DNA of 58,382 bases, filler included, from Sandaracinaceae bacterium (lineage in GTDB: Bacteria > Myxococcota_A > Polyangia > Polyangiales > JADJQN01): assembly GCA_947483975.1 (NCBI GenBank). It is 4 parts of 4 records of this genome, joined end to end, with 100 filler letters (N's around TTAATTAATTAA, not from the genome) between each part and the next. Parts side by side here need not be neighbours in the genome. Positions count along the whole stretch, not along the records: positions 1 to 14,646 come from CANKOL010000107.1; positions 14,747 to 29,372 come from CANKOL010000108.1; 2 more parts are not named here. One strand, 5' to 3'. Both the position numbers and the translations under genes were made by a program. The notes under the pieces were generated by a model that was not told the DNA's origin, did no database searches, and was given only the letters and a program-made list of their open reading frames with translations. Within the stretch, counting starts at the first letter, position 1, and the number at the start of each line of letters is the position of its first letter. Shown one piece after another: positions 9,313-18,565 of the stretch.

Positions 9313-11183
9313 GACGCCCTCCGACGCAGGCGAATCACGAGCAGCGAGAGCAGCCCCGCGACGAGCGCGAAACCCGCCGACGCCCCGCGCCCACCCTGCG
9401 CGCCTGAGACGCTGCAGCCTCCGCCATCGGGGGTTGAGGCTGCCGCCGGGCGCTCACAGAACGCGTCGGCGCCGCCCGAGGTGCGACGGCACTCCAGCCC
9501 GACGCCGCACGGAGTGTCGACTCCACAGCTGCGCGTACACTCGCCCGCGCGGCAGAGTCCGCTCAAGCACTCGATATCTGCAGCGCACGTCTCGCCGAGC
9601 AGGCGCACGTTGGGCCGACACACTGTCGTGCCGCCGACCTCGACGCAGTCGAAGCCCGTCGGACAGGCGTTCATCGGATCTGCGCAGTTGAGCTGAGTGC
9701 ACCAGCTCCGCCCGGACTCCGACGCGCAGACCATTCCCTCGCTGCAGTCGTCGTTGGCCGCGGGCGCGCAGGTCGTGCCCGTGCCCTCGCGGGCGCCGCG
9801 CACGCACGCATCTCCGCGACAATGGAACGTCGAAGGACACTCGCTGTCGGCGGTGCAGTCGCTGGTGCAGTAGTGCACGCCGACGTCGTCGAAGCAGCGC
9901 CCCGAGGCGCACGCCGCGTCGCTCGTGCAGTTCTCGCCGAGGCCGCGCGGGATCACCAACTGCCGCTGGTCGACGCACACGGCGCAGCCCCCCGCGAGCG
10001 CGGCGCACGCCTCGCCCGCGAGGCACATCCCGGTGTCGCCGCGGCACGGCTCCAAGCAGCGACGGGTCCCGTCCCCGGGGTCCCGACACAGGAGCGAGCC
10101 GCACTCCGTGTCGGCCGCGCACGCGGCGCCGTTTCCCTTCGCGACCGCCGCTGCGGGGCCCGTGCCGGGTACGCAGAAGCCCGTGCAGCCGCCGGCGGGA
10201 TCGCCGGAGCAGTACATCGCCGAGGGACAGCCCGCGTAGGGGCGCAGCGGGTCGCAAGTCTGAGTGCAGATCTGCCCGATCCTCGTCACCGCGCAGTTCG
10301 TGCCCTGACACTGATCGCTCGCGGTGCAGACGGAGCCGAGCGGATTGCAGGTCTCGTCGATCTGCCCGTTGCAGTCGTTGTCTGCGCCGTCGCAGACCTC
10401 GGCGCCGTCGTTCGCGCACACGGACTCGGCGACCGCCGCGTCGATCATCGCGAGCGACCCCGCGAAAGACACCGTGTTGTGCCCGTTGTAGCCGCTGCCG
10501 CAGGCGCCGTTGCCGAACGACGCGACGCCGATCACGCGCCCCATCGAGTCGAACATCGGTCCGCCGGAGTCACCCTGACAGATCGCCGAGCCGGAGTAGA
10601 TGACGTCGCCCGCGAGGCCGGTGACCGTGGTCGTGCCGCGGTACTTGGAGCCGACGCCGCCGGAGGGGATCTGCCCAAAGCCGACGACCGTCACCAACTG
10701 ATCGCGCACATCGCTCGGGCGATCCCGGCGGATCGGATACGGCTCGACGCCCGCGACCGCGCGCTCGAGCGTCAGCACCGCGATGTCGACGCCCATCAGA
10801 TCGCTCAGGTTGTCGCGGTATGAGCCGGGCGTCGTGCGCACGGTGATCACGCGATACGACGCGGCGGGGCGCAGCGCGGATGAGCCGATGCCGACGGAGA
10901 ACGCCTCGGGACCCGCCGGCGCGACGGGCCCGGCCTCTTGCACGCAGTGCTTCGCGGTGAGCACGACGCGCGGCGCGATCAGCGTGCCCGAGCACAGCCC
11001 GCCGAGCGCGCTGTTCAGCACGGAGACGACGCCGTCGTAGCCGGGCTCGAAGGTGCCCCCGGCGATCTCTGCGGACGAGGCGGCGACGGGCTCCTCGAGC
11101 TCCGCGGCGCAGGCGGAGAGTCCGGCTGCGAGCAGGACGACGCCGAGGACGAAGGACGATTGGAAAGCCGCACCGCGCGTCAT
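9309..11183 (-). CDS. S1 serine protease lipoprotein with Cys-rich repeats and MYXO-CTERM tail (paralog 2)
   Basis: AGGAG SD before ATG 11183; LSAC lipobox; IAGG; TAKHC / DIAVL / GDSGGP; GGGCSV + TM + RRRR; stop overlaps the paralog 1 start (ATGA). Confidence 0.9.
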   Translation of the reverse strand: MTRGAAFQSSFVLGVVLLAAGLSACAAELEEPVAASSAEIAGGTFEPGYDGVVSVLNSALGGLCSGTLIAPRVVLTAKHCVQEAGPVAPAGPEAFSVGIGSSALRPAASYRVITVRTTPGSYRDNLSDLMGVDIAVLTLERAVAGVEPYPIRRDRPSDVRDQLVTVVGFGQIPSGGVGSKYRGTTTVTGLAGDVIYSGSAICQGDSGGPMFDSMGRVIGVASFGNGACGSGYNGHNTVSFAGSLAMIDAAVAESVCANDGAEVCDGADNDCNGQIDETCNPLGSVCTASDQCQGTNCAVTRIGQICTQTCDPLRPYAGCPSAMYCSGDPAGGCTGFCVPGTGPAAAVAKGNGAACAADTECGSLLCRDPGDGTRRCLEPCRGDTGMCLAGEACAALAGGCAVCVDQRQLVIPRGLGENCTSDAACASGRCFDDVGVHYCTSDCTADSECPSTFHCRGDACVRGAREGTGTTCAPAANDDCSEGMVCASESGRSWCTQLNCADPMNACPTGFDCVEVGGTTVCRPNVRLLGETCAADIECLSGLCRAGECTRSCGVDTPCGVGLECRRTSGGADAFCERPAAASTPDGGGCSVSGAQGGRGASAGFALVAGLLSLLVIRLRRRAS

Positions 11184-11279
11184 GAGTACATCTCCTACAG
11201 AACGCCGGGCGCCGGCGCGCGGCGACGCTACACCCGCGCAGAGAGCGTCTGCAAGCGCGGGCCAGGTCCGAAACATTGC

Positions 11280-14200
11280 CTACAGCGGCACAGAGACACC
11301 GCTTCGCCGGCGGGCGGTCGCGGCACGCTCCCAGCGGTCACGCGCCTCGGCGTCGCCCGCCTTCGCGGCGAGCAGCGCGGCGTCGCGGTAGCGGGCGGCG
11401 GCCTGAGGCGCGCGCCCGGCGATCTCGTCGATGATCGCGAGCGTGCCCATCGCTTGGGCGACGGTCGCGGGCGCGTTCGCCTCCACCGCGAGCCGCGCGC
11501 CGCGCTCGAGGTGCGCGGTCGCGCCCTCGAGGTCGCCGAGGTCCACGAGCTTCTCTGCGAGCTCGACAGCCACGGCCGCCTGGCGCGCGAGCGGCGCCTT
11601 CGCCTGGGCGAAGAGCTCGACGGCGCGGCGCAGCGCGTTCGCGGCGCCGATCTCGTCGCCCTCGTCGCTGCGCACGCGCGCGATCACGTTGTGCGCCTCG
11701 GCGGCGATGCGCGTTTCCGAGAGGCGCGTCGCGATGTCGACCGCCTCGCCGAGCACGCGGACAGCGTCTCGGTGGCGATGGCGACGCGCCGCCGCGCGAC
11801 CGAGGATGAGCAGCATCCGCGCGCGCTCGATACCTTCGCGCCCGGTGAGGTCGAGCGCCTCCCGCACGACGCCCTCCGCGCCCGCGGCGTCGCCCCCACG
11901 ATCGAGCGCGTCCCCGAGCCTGCGGCTGAACGTCGCGATCGCCCGGTCGAGCCCCATATCGCCGCTCTCGACGAGCTCTCGGCGGGCGAGCTCGAGCCCG
12001 CGGCGGAAGGCCAGCACTGCCGTCGAGTGATCGCCGTGCAGGAGCGCCCCGTCCCCCATGCGCTCGAGCAGCACGAGCGCGCTCACCGGCTCACCGGCGC
12101 GGAACGCGTGCCCTGCCCGTACCTCGAGCGGCGCGTCGGCATCCTGCTCGAGCTCGAGCGCGCGCTCGTGGAGCAGCTTGCGGGCCTCTGCGGGGATCGA
12201 CGCCTCCACGATGTCGCGGATGAAGGGGTGCGCGATCGCGAGCGTGTCGCCGTCGATCTGGACGAGCCCGTCGGCGCGCAGCTTGTCGAGCCCGTGTCGG
12301 TCCTTCTCCTCGACCATCGAGTGCAGCGCGCCGAGCGAGCAGCGCTCGCCGAGCACGGCGGCGGCCTGCAGCAGCCTGCGCGCGGAGACGTCGAGGCGCT
12401 CGAGGCGCTGCGAGACGGTGTCGGCCAGCCGCGTCGGGAGGGAGTCCTCCGCGGTGCCGAGCGTCAAGCCGAGCGCGCGGATCTGCTGGAGATAGAGCGG
12501 GAGATAGCGCTTATCCGAGGTGCCGCCGCTCGCCGGCGGAGGCTGCGACCCGCGCGAAGGGTAGGTGCCGGCGACGAGATCGCTCGCGTCGTAGCCACCG
12601 AGCCCCGTCAGCGCGATCAGCGTGTTGCCGATCGCGAGCTCGGGAGGCGGGTTCTTCTGCGCGGCCGTGACGAACAGCAGCGGGGTGTCCTGCGCGAACT
12701 TCGGCAGCTCGACGAGCACGCTGCGCGTGAGGCCATCGCACGCGAGGAGGTCGTCGACGAGGAGCATCACGCGCCCAGAGGTCGCCCGACCTGCGGCGAC
12801 CCGCGCGGCGGTGGCCAACATCGCGGCGACGGCGCCAGCGCGAGAGCGCCCGTCGGTGCCGGCGAGCCCGGTCGGGGAGAGCAATTCGGCGGCGCCCGCG
12901 AGGGACAGCGCATCGCCGAACACGCCGGCGTCCTTGCTCGTCAGCTGACGCAGCTTGGCGTCGTCGACGCCGAGCAGCGCGCGCACGAGGAGGCGAATCG
13001 GCTCGTAGGCGACGGGCGCTCCGCTCGCGTGCGGACGGCCGACGGCGACGTGATCGCCGGCCGCCGTCGCGATGCCCACCAATTCGGCGAGAAAGCGCGT
13101 CTTGCCGACGCCCGCCTCTCCCTGCACGTGCATCCGGACGAACTCGTTGGCGGCGCGGGCGCGAAGCTCTCCGAACACCGCGAGCTCGCTCTCGCGCCCG
13201 ATGAACGGACGAGCCCCATCGCGCGCCGGCGAGGGCAAGCTCGGCCGCTCAGCGGGCGTCACGCGCGGCGTCGTCAACACGCCGGGCAAGCGCGCGCCGC
13301 ACTCGGCGCAGAAGCGGCTGACCGCCGGGTTCGGATGGGCGCAAGCGGGGCACGGCTGGTCCTTCGCCGCAGCGGCGGCGCCGGCACGCAGCGCGCTCGC
13401 GACCCGGCGCAGCGCCTCGGCCATCTCCTCGGCGTTCTGAAAGCGGTCCTGCGGCGCCTTCGCCATCGCCTTCATCGTCACGTCCGCGAGCGCGTCGGGG
13501 ATGCGACGCCCGGGCGCCGCGACGCGCGGATCCGGCACGGGATCGGTCATGTGCCGGAGCACGACCTTCGTCGGGGTGTCGTCCGTGAAAGGCAGCCGGT
13601 CGGTCAGCAGCTCGAAGAGCACGACGCCCATCGAATAGAGGTCACCGCGGTTGTCGACGTCCTCGCCGCGCCCCTGCTCCGGCGACATATAATCTGGCGT
13701 CCCACAGACCAGCCCGGGCGACGTGATCGAGGTGCTGCGCGAGTTGCCGACGAGCTTCGCGAGGCCGAAGTCCACGACCTTCACGAAGTCGCCGCCGTTG
13801 CGCACGCGCTCGAGGATGACGTTCTCGGGCTTCAGATCGCGGTGCACGATGTCGAGCGAGTGCGCCTCGCCGAGCGCCGCGAGCACGCCGACGACGATCT
13901 CGACGACCCGCGCCAGGGGCAGCGGCCCCTCCTCGTGCATCACCCGCGCGAGGTCCTTGCCGCGCAGATACTCCATGACGAGATACAGAATCCCGTCCTC
14001 CGTGCGACCGAAGTCGATGATGCCGACGGAGTTCGGATGATTGAGTCGGCTCGCCGTGCGCGCCTCGGAGTAGAAGCGCGCCACGGACTGCTCGTCGCCG
14101 AGCAGGTGCGGATGCACGACCTTGATGGCGACGGTACGGCCGAGCATGCTCTGCTCTGCGCGGTACACGCGTCCCATGCCCCCGACCCCTACGAGCTCGA

Positions 14201-14342
14201 GCACGACGTACGCGCCGCCGATCGTTCGCCCGACCAGCGGGTCACGCGCGTGGCCCTCGAGCTCCGGAATGACGAGACCACACCGCGCGCAGAAGCGGTC
14301 GCCCTCGTCCAACGCAGTCCCGCATTGCTTGCACGCTCGCAC
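11280..14342 (-). CDS. Ser/Thr protein kinase with zinc ribbons, STAND/AAA-type ATPase and TPR-like helical repeats
   Basis: N-terminal CxxC..CxxC; GVGGMGRVY, VAIK, HRDLKPEN, DFG, GTPDYMSPE; second CxxC..CxxC; Walker A GEAGVGKT and Walker B LLVDD; Ala/Leu-rich helical C-terminus. Start is GTG 14342 (alternative ATG 14354). Confidence 0.88.
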   Translation of the reverse strand: MRACKQCGTALDEGDRFCARCGLVIPELEGHARDPLVGRTIGGAYVVLELVGVGGMGRVYRAEQSMLGRTVAIKVVHPHLLGDEQSVARFYSEARTASRLNHPNSVGIIDFGRTEDGILYLVMEYLRGKDLARVMHEEGPLPLARVVEIVVGVLAALGEAHSLDIVHRDLKPENVILERVRNGGDFVKVVDFGLAKLVGNSRSTSITSPGLVCGTPDYMSPEQGRGEDVDNRGDLYSMGVVLFELLTDRLPFTDDTPTKVVLRHMTDPVPDPRVAAPGRRIPDALADVTMKAMAKAPQDRFQNAEEMAEALRRVASALRAGAAAAAKDQPCPACAHPNPAVSRFCAECGARLPGVLTTPRVTPAERPSLPSPARDGARPFIGRESELAVFGELRARAANEFVRMHVQGEAGVGKTRFLAELVGIATAAGDHVAVGRPHASGAPVAYEPIRLLVRALLGVDDAKLRQLTSKDAGVFGDALSLAGAAELLSPTGLAGTDGRSRAGAVAAMLATAARVAAGRATSGRVMLLVDDLLACDGLTRSVLVELPKFAQDTPLLFVTAAQKNPPPELAIGNTLIALTGLGGYDASDLVAGTYPSRGSQPPPASGGTSDKRYLPLYLQQIRALGLTLGTAEDSLPTRLADTVSQRLERLDVSARRLLQAAAVLGERCSLGALHSMVEEKDRHGLDKLRADGLVQIDGDTLAIAHPFIRDIVEASIPAEARKLLHERALELEQDADAPLEVRAGHAFRAGEPVSALVLLERMGDGALLHGDHSTAVLAFRRGLELARRELVESGDMGLDRAIATFSRRLGDALDRGGDAAGAEGVVREALDLTGREGIERARMLLILGRAAARRHRHRDAVRVLGEAVDIATRLSETRIAAEAHNVIARVRSDEGDEIGAANALRRAVELFAQAKAPLARQAAVAVELAEKLVDLGDLEGATAHLERGARLAVEANAPATVAQAMGTLAIIDEIAGRAPQAAARYRDAALLAAKAGDAEARDRWERAATARRRSGVSVPL

Positions 14343-14387
14343 GGAGCCGAGCATACGCGAAGATCGAGCCACGAGAACGGGCGCGCG

Positions 14388-14646
14388 ATGACGAAGCGCA
14401 CCGCTTTTTCGGCACAGAGCCAGAGTCAGCGGAATGCTGCGGCGTCACTGAAAGGCGCGGCGACGGCGACGCCGGGCGGCGCTCCGCGGGGGGCCGGTTT
14501 GGACGTCCCGCGGGTCGCCGTGCTCGGCATCAACGCGTGGGCTGTGCTGCTCGCGATCCCGCTCGCGTATGCGCCCGGAGCGCTCGGGTGGGCGCGCGCG
14601 GCGACGCTCGCGCTCCCGCTCGCCGTCCTCACCGCGGGCACCCTCA
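14388..14646 (+). CDS. Hypothetical membrane protein, truncated at the contig end
   Basis: Hydrophobic segments (VAVLGINAWAVLLAIPLAY; ATLALPLAVLTAG) run into the N spacer. Confidence 0.5.
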
Positions 14647-14746
14647 NNNNNNNNNNNNNNNNNNNNNNNNNNNNNNNNNNNNNNNNNNNNTTAATTAATT
14701 AANNNNNNNNNNNNNNNNNNNNNNNNNNNNNNNNNNNNNNNNNNNN
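14647..14746. other. Artificial contig spacer (44 N + TTAATTAATTAA + 44 N)
   Basis: Six-frame-stop linker; the identical 100-bp structure occurs three times. Confidence 0.99.
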
Positions 14747-15164
14747 CCTCGACCTCCGCCAGGCGCACCCGCACGCTGCCCGCGCGAGGCACCACGCGGT
14801 CGAACGCCGTCCAGCACGCGCTTCGCCCCGCCCGCCGCGCCTCGCCGAGCGTAGCCGCGCCCACGGTGAGCACCGCCGCGATCCCCGTCGTGGCGGCCTC
14901 GCTCGGGCTCTCGACGATCACAGGCACCGGCAGCGCCGCCCGCTCGACGTCGTCGGCACAGACCTCGACGAGCACGTGCGCGCCCTCGCCGACGCGCTGC
15001 GCGACCGAAGCCGCGTGCGCTGCGGTCAGCTCTGCCTCGAGGTCCTGCTCCCCCGCCTCCGTGCGCGCGACCGCGACGGCGCCCGCGCAGACGCCGCCCA
15101 ACAGCGCGAGCAGGGAGAGCGCCTCGACGATCTTGCGTGCACGCGCCCGAGGGAAGTCGCCGAT
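14747..15164 (-). CDS. Hypothetical exported/membrane protein, truncated at the contig end; start uncertain
   Basis: Open frame with hydrophobic leader IVEALSLLALLGGVCAGAVAVA. The first canonical start (TTG 15101) falls inside that leader. Confidence 0.45.
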
Positions 15165-15231
15165 GCGCCGACTGTAGCAGCCGCCCCACTTCTCTCTGCC
15201 TTCGCTCCGGGCTCGGCCCTATCCTGATCGC

Positions 15232-16638
15232 ATGAAGCCCCATTCCCTGCTGGACGCGAGCGCGCTCGAGCAAGCCGCCCTCCTTCGCCGTGGTGAGCTC
15301 ACCTCGGTCGAGCTCGCGGAGCTGTACCTCGCGCGGATCGCCGAGCACGATCCGCGGCTGCGCGCGTTCGTCGACGTGCGCCCTGAGCAGACGCTGCGCG
15401 AAGCGCGCCTCGCCGATCGTCGCTTCCCCTCGCGCGATGCGCCGCCGTTCTGGGGCGTGCCCATCGCCGTCAAGGACCTCAACCTCGCGGCGGGCTTTCA
15501 CGCGCGCATGGGGTCGCGCTCGTTCTCGAACCTGTTCGCGCCGAGCGACGACATCACGGTGGCGCGCCTGCGCGCGGCGGGCTTCATCGTGCTCGGCAAG
15601 ACCTCCGTGCCCGAGTTCGGCTCGTTGCCCGTGACCGAGCCCGCGCTGCACGCGCCGACGCGCAACCCGTGGGACCTCGAGGTCACGCCGGGCGGCTCGT
15701 CGGGCGGCGCTGCGGCGGCCGTCGCCGCACGCCTCGCCCCGATCGCGCAGGGCTCGGACGGCGGCGGCTCGATCCGGATCCCGAGCGCCCTCTGCGGGCT
15801 CGTCGGCATCAAGCCCTCGCGCGGGCGCGTCGCCAACCTCCACGGCTTCGCCGACGAGGACATCCTCTACACCGACGGCCCGATCGCCCGCGATCTCGAC
15901 GACGCGTGCGCGCTGCTCGATGTGCTCGCCGGCGTCACCGTCGGAACCCCGCATTGGGCGCCACCGCCCGCGAACACCTTCCTCGCGCTCTCCCAGCAGC
16001 CCCCGGGCAAGCTGCGCATCGGCGTCTGCACGACGTCGCCCCTCGCGTCGACCCGCGACGACGTCGCTGCGACCGTGTCTCGCGTCGCGCGCGCCCTCGA
16101 AGACCGCGGCCATCTCCTCGAGGAGCGCAGCTTCCCGGACATCGACCCCGCGGACTTCATGCTGTTGTGGCGCGACACGATCTCCAAGATCCGCCCGCCT
16201 GACTGGGCGCGCGTCGAGGACGTCAACACGTTCCTCCTCCGCGAGGGCGGTCCGCTCGAGCCGCGAGAGGTCTTCGCCGCGCGTCAGCGCCTCCGCGCGC
16301 AGGTCGCCGCGACCTTCCGCGGGCTCGACCTCCTCGTGACGCCCGTGGTCCCCGAGGGCCCGATCTCGATCGGCGCGTGGGCCGGCCTCTCGCCCCAGGC
16401 GATCCTCCACGACGCGCGCCGCATGGCCGCCTTCACCGCCGGCTTCAACGTCTCGGGTCAGCCCGCCGTGAGCTTGCCGATCGGCACCTCCGACGCCGGG
16501 CACCCCATCGGCGTGCAGCTCGTCGGGGCCGACTTCGGCGAAGCGCAGCTCCTCGCGGTCGCCCGCCAGGTGCTCGAAACGCTGCCGATCAGCCCCGCAT
16601 GGCCCGTGGGCTTCGACCCGCGCCGAGGGGCCCGATAG
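15232..16638 (+). CDS. Amidase (amidase-signature family)
   Basis: GVPIAVKD, GKTSVPEF, TRNPW, GGSSGG, GSDGGGSIRIPS, FNVSGQPAVSLP, PIGVQL. Confidence 0.93.
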   Translation: MKPHSLLDASALEQAALLRRGELTSVELAELYLARIAEHDPRLRAFVDVRPEQTLREARLADRRFPSRDAPPFWGVPIAVKDLNLAAGFHARMGSRSFSNLFAPSDDITVARLRAAGFIVLGKTSVPEFGSLPVTEPALHAPTRNPWDLEVTPGGSSGGAAAAVAARLAPIAQGSDGGGSIRIPSALCGLVGIKPSRGRVANLHGFADEDILYTDGPIARDLDDACALLDVLAGVTVGTPHWAPPPANTFLALSQQPPGKLRIGVCTTSPLASTRDDVAATVSRVARALEDRGHLLEERSFPDIDPADFMLLWRDTISKIRPPDWARVEDVNTFLLREGGPLEPREVFAARQRLRAQVAATFRGLDLLVTPVVPEGPISIGAWAGLSPQAILHDARRMAAFTAGFNVSGQPAVSLPIGTSDAGHPIGVQLVGADFGEAQLLAVARQVLETLPISPAWPVGFDPRRGAR

Positions 16639-16661
16639 CCCTTTCGGATCGCAGGTGATAC

Positions 16662-16735
16662 GAGGCGATCGCCTCATCAATTCAATCATTTACACGGCGA
16701 TCTCCGTAGTGGCCCTATATTTAGTGACCCTACAT
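16662..16735. promoter_or_regulatory. Candidate regulatory sites: palindrome GAGGCGATCGCCTC (16662-16675) and direct repeat TAGTGGCCCTATAT / TAGTGACCCTACAT (16707-16720, 16722-16735)
   Basis: Read directly from an unusually AT-rich intergenic region upstream of a small ORF. Confidence 0.45.
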
Positions 16736-16784
16736 CGCACGTCAGGCGTTGTCGTGGCCGAGATCGCGTGTTAGATCGCCCGAC

Positions 16785-17039
16785 ATGCGCATCAGCAACA
16801 GCTTCTCCGAAGGCGAAATCCAGGTCATGGAGTTCATCGTGCAGACCCTCCTGCGCGGCGGCTCTCCCACGATGGCGACCCGCCACAAGGAGTTCGCCTC
16901 CTTGTGCCGCAAGGTGATGGCCATGCGAAACAAGGTGAACGAGCAGCGCGCCCGCCCGGCGCCGGAGAAGAGCTCCGTCGGCCTGATCGAGGCGCCGTCG
17001 CTCGATCTCGACGAGACCGAGATCCAGAAGGTCGGCTGA
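16785..17039 (+). CDS. Small hypothetical protein (84 aa)
   Basis: Strong GC3-biased codon use and protein-like composition (MRISNSFSEGEIQVMEFIVQTLLRGG...); TG-N-TAGATC lies 7 nt upstream of the ATG. Confidence 0.7.
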   Translation: MRISNSFSEGEIQVMEFIVQTLLRGGSPTMATRHKEFASLCRKVMAMRNKVNEQRARPAPEKSSVGLIEAPSLDLDETEIQKVG

Positions 17040-17229
17040 CGATCGTCTCTCGCGGTCGGCGGGTCCCCGTCGAGGCGCGAGTACGCTGCGTTCCGCTCCT
17101 TCACCGACACCCGCTGCTGGCTCGCTCCGACGCCCCGCTGATGCGCTCAGCTCGGCGGCTCGGGTGCGCGCTGGGGCGGGTGTTCTCACGTCAACGCGGC
17201 GAGCGCGCGAACAGCGCCACGTCTGACCG

Positions 17230-17259
17230 TTGACAGCACGACCTCCCTCAAGCTATCCG
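17230..17259 (+). promoter_or_regulatory. Sigma-70-type promoter for pyrC
   Basis: Perfect TTGACA (17230-17235), 18-nt spacer, TATCCG (17254-17259), then 7 nt to ATG 17267. Confidence 0.55.
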
Positions 17260-17266
17260 CGTGCCC

Positions 17267-18565
17267 ATGCTCGTGCTGCGTAATGGTCGGGTGCTCGACC
17301 CAAGCCGTGGACTCGATGAGGAAGCGGACGTCGTCATCGAGGATGGCCGCATCGCGCGCGTCGGACGCGGGGCGGGCGAAGGGCTCACCGGCGAGCGCGT
17401 CGAAGTGCGCGACGTGAAGGGCTGCTGGGTCGTCCCCGGCCTCGTCGACCTGCACGTGCACTTTCGCGAGCCGGGGCAGGAGTACAAAGAAGACATCACG
17501 AGCGGGCTCCGGGCCGCCGCGGCGGGTGGTTTCACGCAGGTCTGCGCGATGCCGAACACGAAGCCGGTCAACGACAACCGGGCGATCACGGAGGCGATGG
17601 TCGCGCGCGCGGCGAGCGCGAACACCGCGGCGAGGCGCGCCCCTCGGCTGCATCCGTTCGGCGCGATCACGAAGGGCCTGGAGGGCGCGGAGCTGACGGA
17701 GATGGCGGATCTCCAGGCGGCTGGGGCCGTCGGCGTGAGCGACGACGGCAGGTGCGTGATGAACGCCGCCGTCATGCGGCGCGCGCTCGAGTACGCCCGC
17801 ACCTTCGATCTGCTCGTGTCGCAGCACTGCGAGGATCACGACCTCACCGCCGGCGCGCTGATGCACGAGGGCGCCGTCTCGACGAAGCTCGGGCTGCGCG
17901 GCTGGCCGCGCGTCGCGGAGGACGTGATCGTCGCGCGCGACCTGCTCCTCGCAGAGCTGACCGGCGCCCGCTACCACGTCGCGCACCTGAGCTCGAAGGT
18001 CGCCGTCCGCCTGCTGCGCGAGGCGAAGTCGCGGGGCATTCGCGTGAGCGCCGAGGTGACGCCGCATCACCTGACGATGACGCACGAGTCGGTGCTCGGA
18101 TACGACACCGTCTGCAAGGTGAACCCGCCGCTCCGCGAGGACGAGGACGTCGAAGCGCTGCAGGAAGCCCTGCGCGACGGCACCATTGACTGCATCGCGA
18201 CGGACCACGCGCCCCACTCGACGCTCGAGAAGGACTGCGAATTCTCGGCGGCTCTGCCGGGGATGATCGGCGTCGAGACGGTGCTGCCGGCGATGCTCGA
18301 GCTCGTGCGTCGCGGAGTCTTCACGCCCCTGCGCCTGATCGAGGCGCTCTCGACCGCGCCCGTGAAGGTCGCGCGGCTCGAGGGCGGCTCGCTCGTCGTC
18401 GGCGCGCGCGCGGACCTGACGGTGATCGACCCCGAGGCGCGCTGGACGGTCACGAAGAGCACGCTTCACTCGAAGTCGCAGAACACCCCACTCCTCGGTC
18501 GGCAGGTGCAGGGCCGCGTTCGGCTCACGCTCGTCGGCGGCTCGCTGGCACACGAACTCTCATGA
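17267..18565 (+). CDS. pyrC: Dihydroorotase (long, class I type)
   Basis: PGLVDLHVHFREPG, GGFTQVCAMPNTKP, HCED, HVAHLS, EVTPHHL, KVNPPLR, IATDHAPH, SKSQNTP. Confidence 0.95.
   Translation: MLVLRNGRVLDPSRGLDEEADVVIEDGRIARVGRGAGEGLTGERVEVRDVKGCWVVPGLVDLHVHFREPGQEYKEDITSGLRAAAAGGFTQVCAMPNTKPVNDNRAITEAMVARAASANTAARRAPRLHPFGAITKGLEGAELTEMADLQAAGAVGVSDDGRCVMNAAVMRRALEYARTFDLLVSQHCEDHDLTAGALMHEGAVSTKLGLRGWPRVAEDVIVARDLLLAELTGARYHVAHLSSKVAVRLLREAKSRGIRVSAEVTPHHLTMTHESVLGYDTVCKVNPPLREDEDVEALQEALRDGTIDCIATDHAPHSTLEKDCEFSAALPGMIGVETVLPAMLELVRRGVFTPLRLIEALSTAPVKVARLEGGSLVVGARADLTVIDPEARWTVTKSTLHSKSQNTPLLGRQVQGRVRLTLVGGSLAHELS

Noticed and set aside
11280..14342. Avs-type antiphage STAND system
   Set aside because: No nuclease, TIR or SIR2 effector and no defence-island context; the architecture fits common myxobacterial signalling kinases.
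10938..14702. Very long + strand ORF (1254 aa) and similar antisense ORFs (e.g. 3385-5499, 26059-28518, 41666-43486)
   Set aside because: Shadow ORFs expected opposite GC3-rich genes; Arg/Ala-rich with no motifs, while the opposite strand has clear family signatures.
15232..16638. gatA assignment for the amidase
   Set aside because: No gatB or gatC neighbours and no GatA-specific segments; left as a generic amidase.
17040..17266. PyrR attenuator upstream of pyrC
   Set aside because: No PyrR-binding loop or U-tract terminator was recognised, and the promoter appears to sit right at the start codon.
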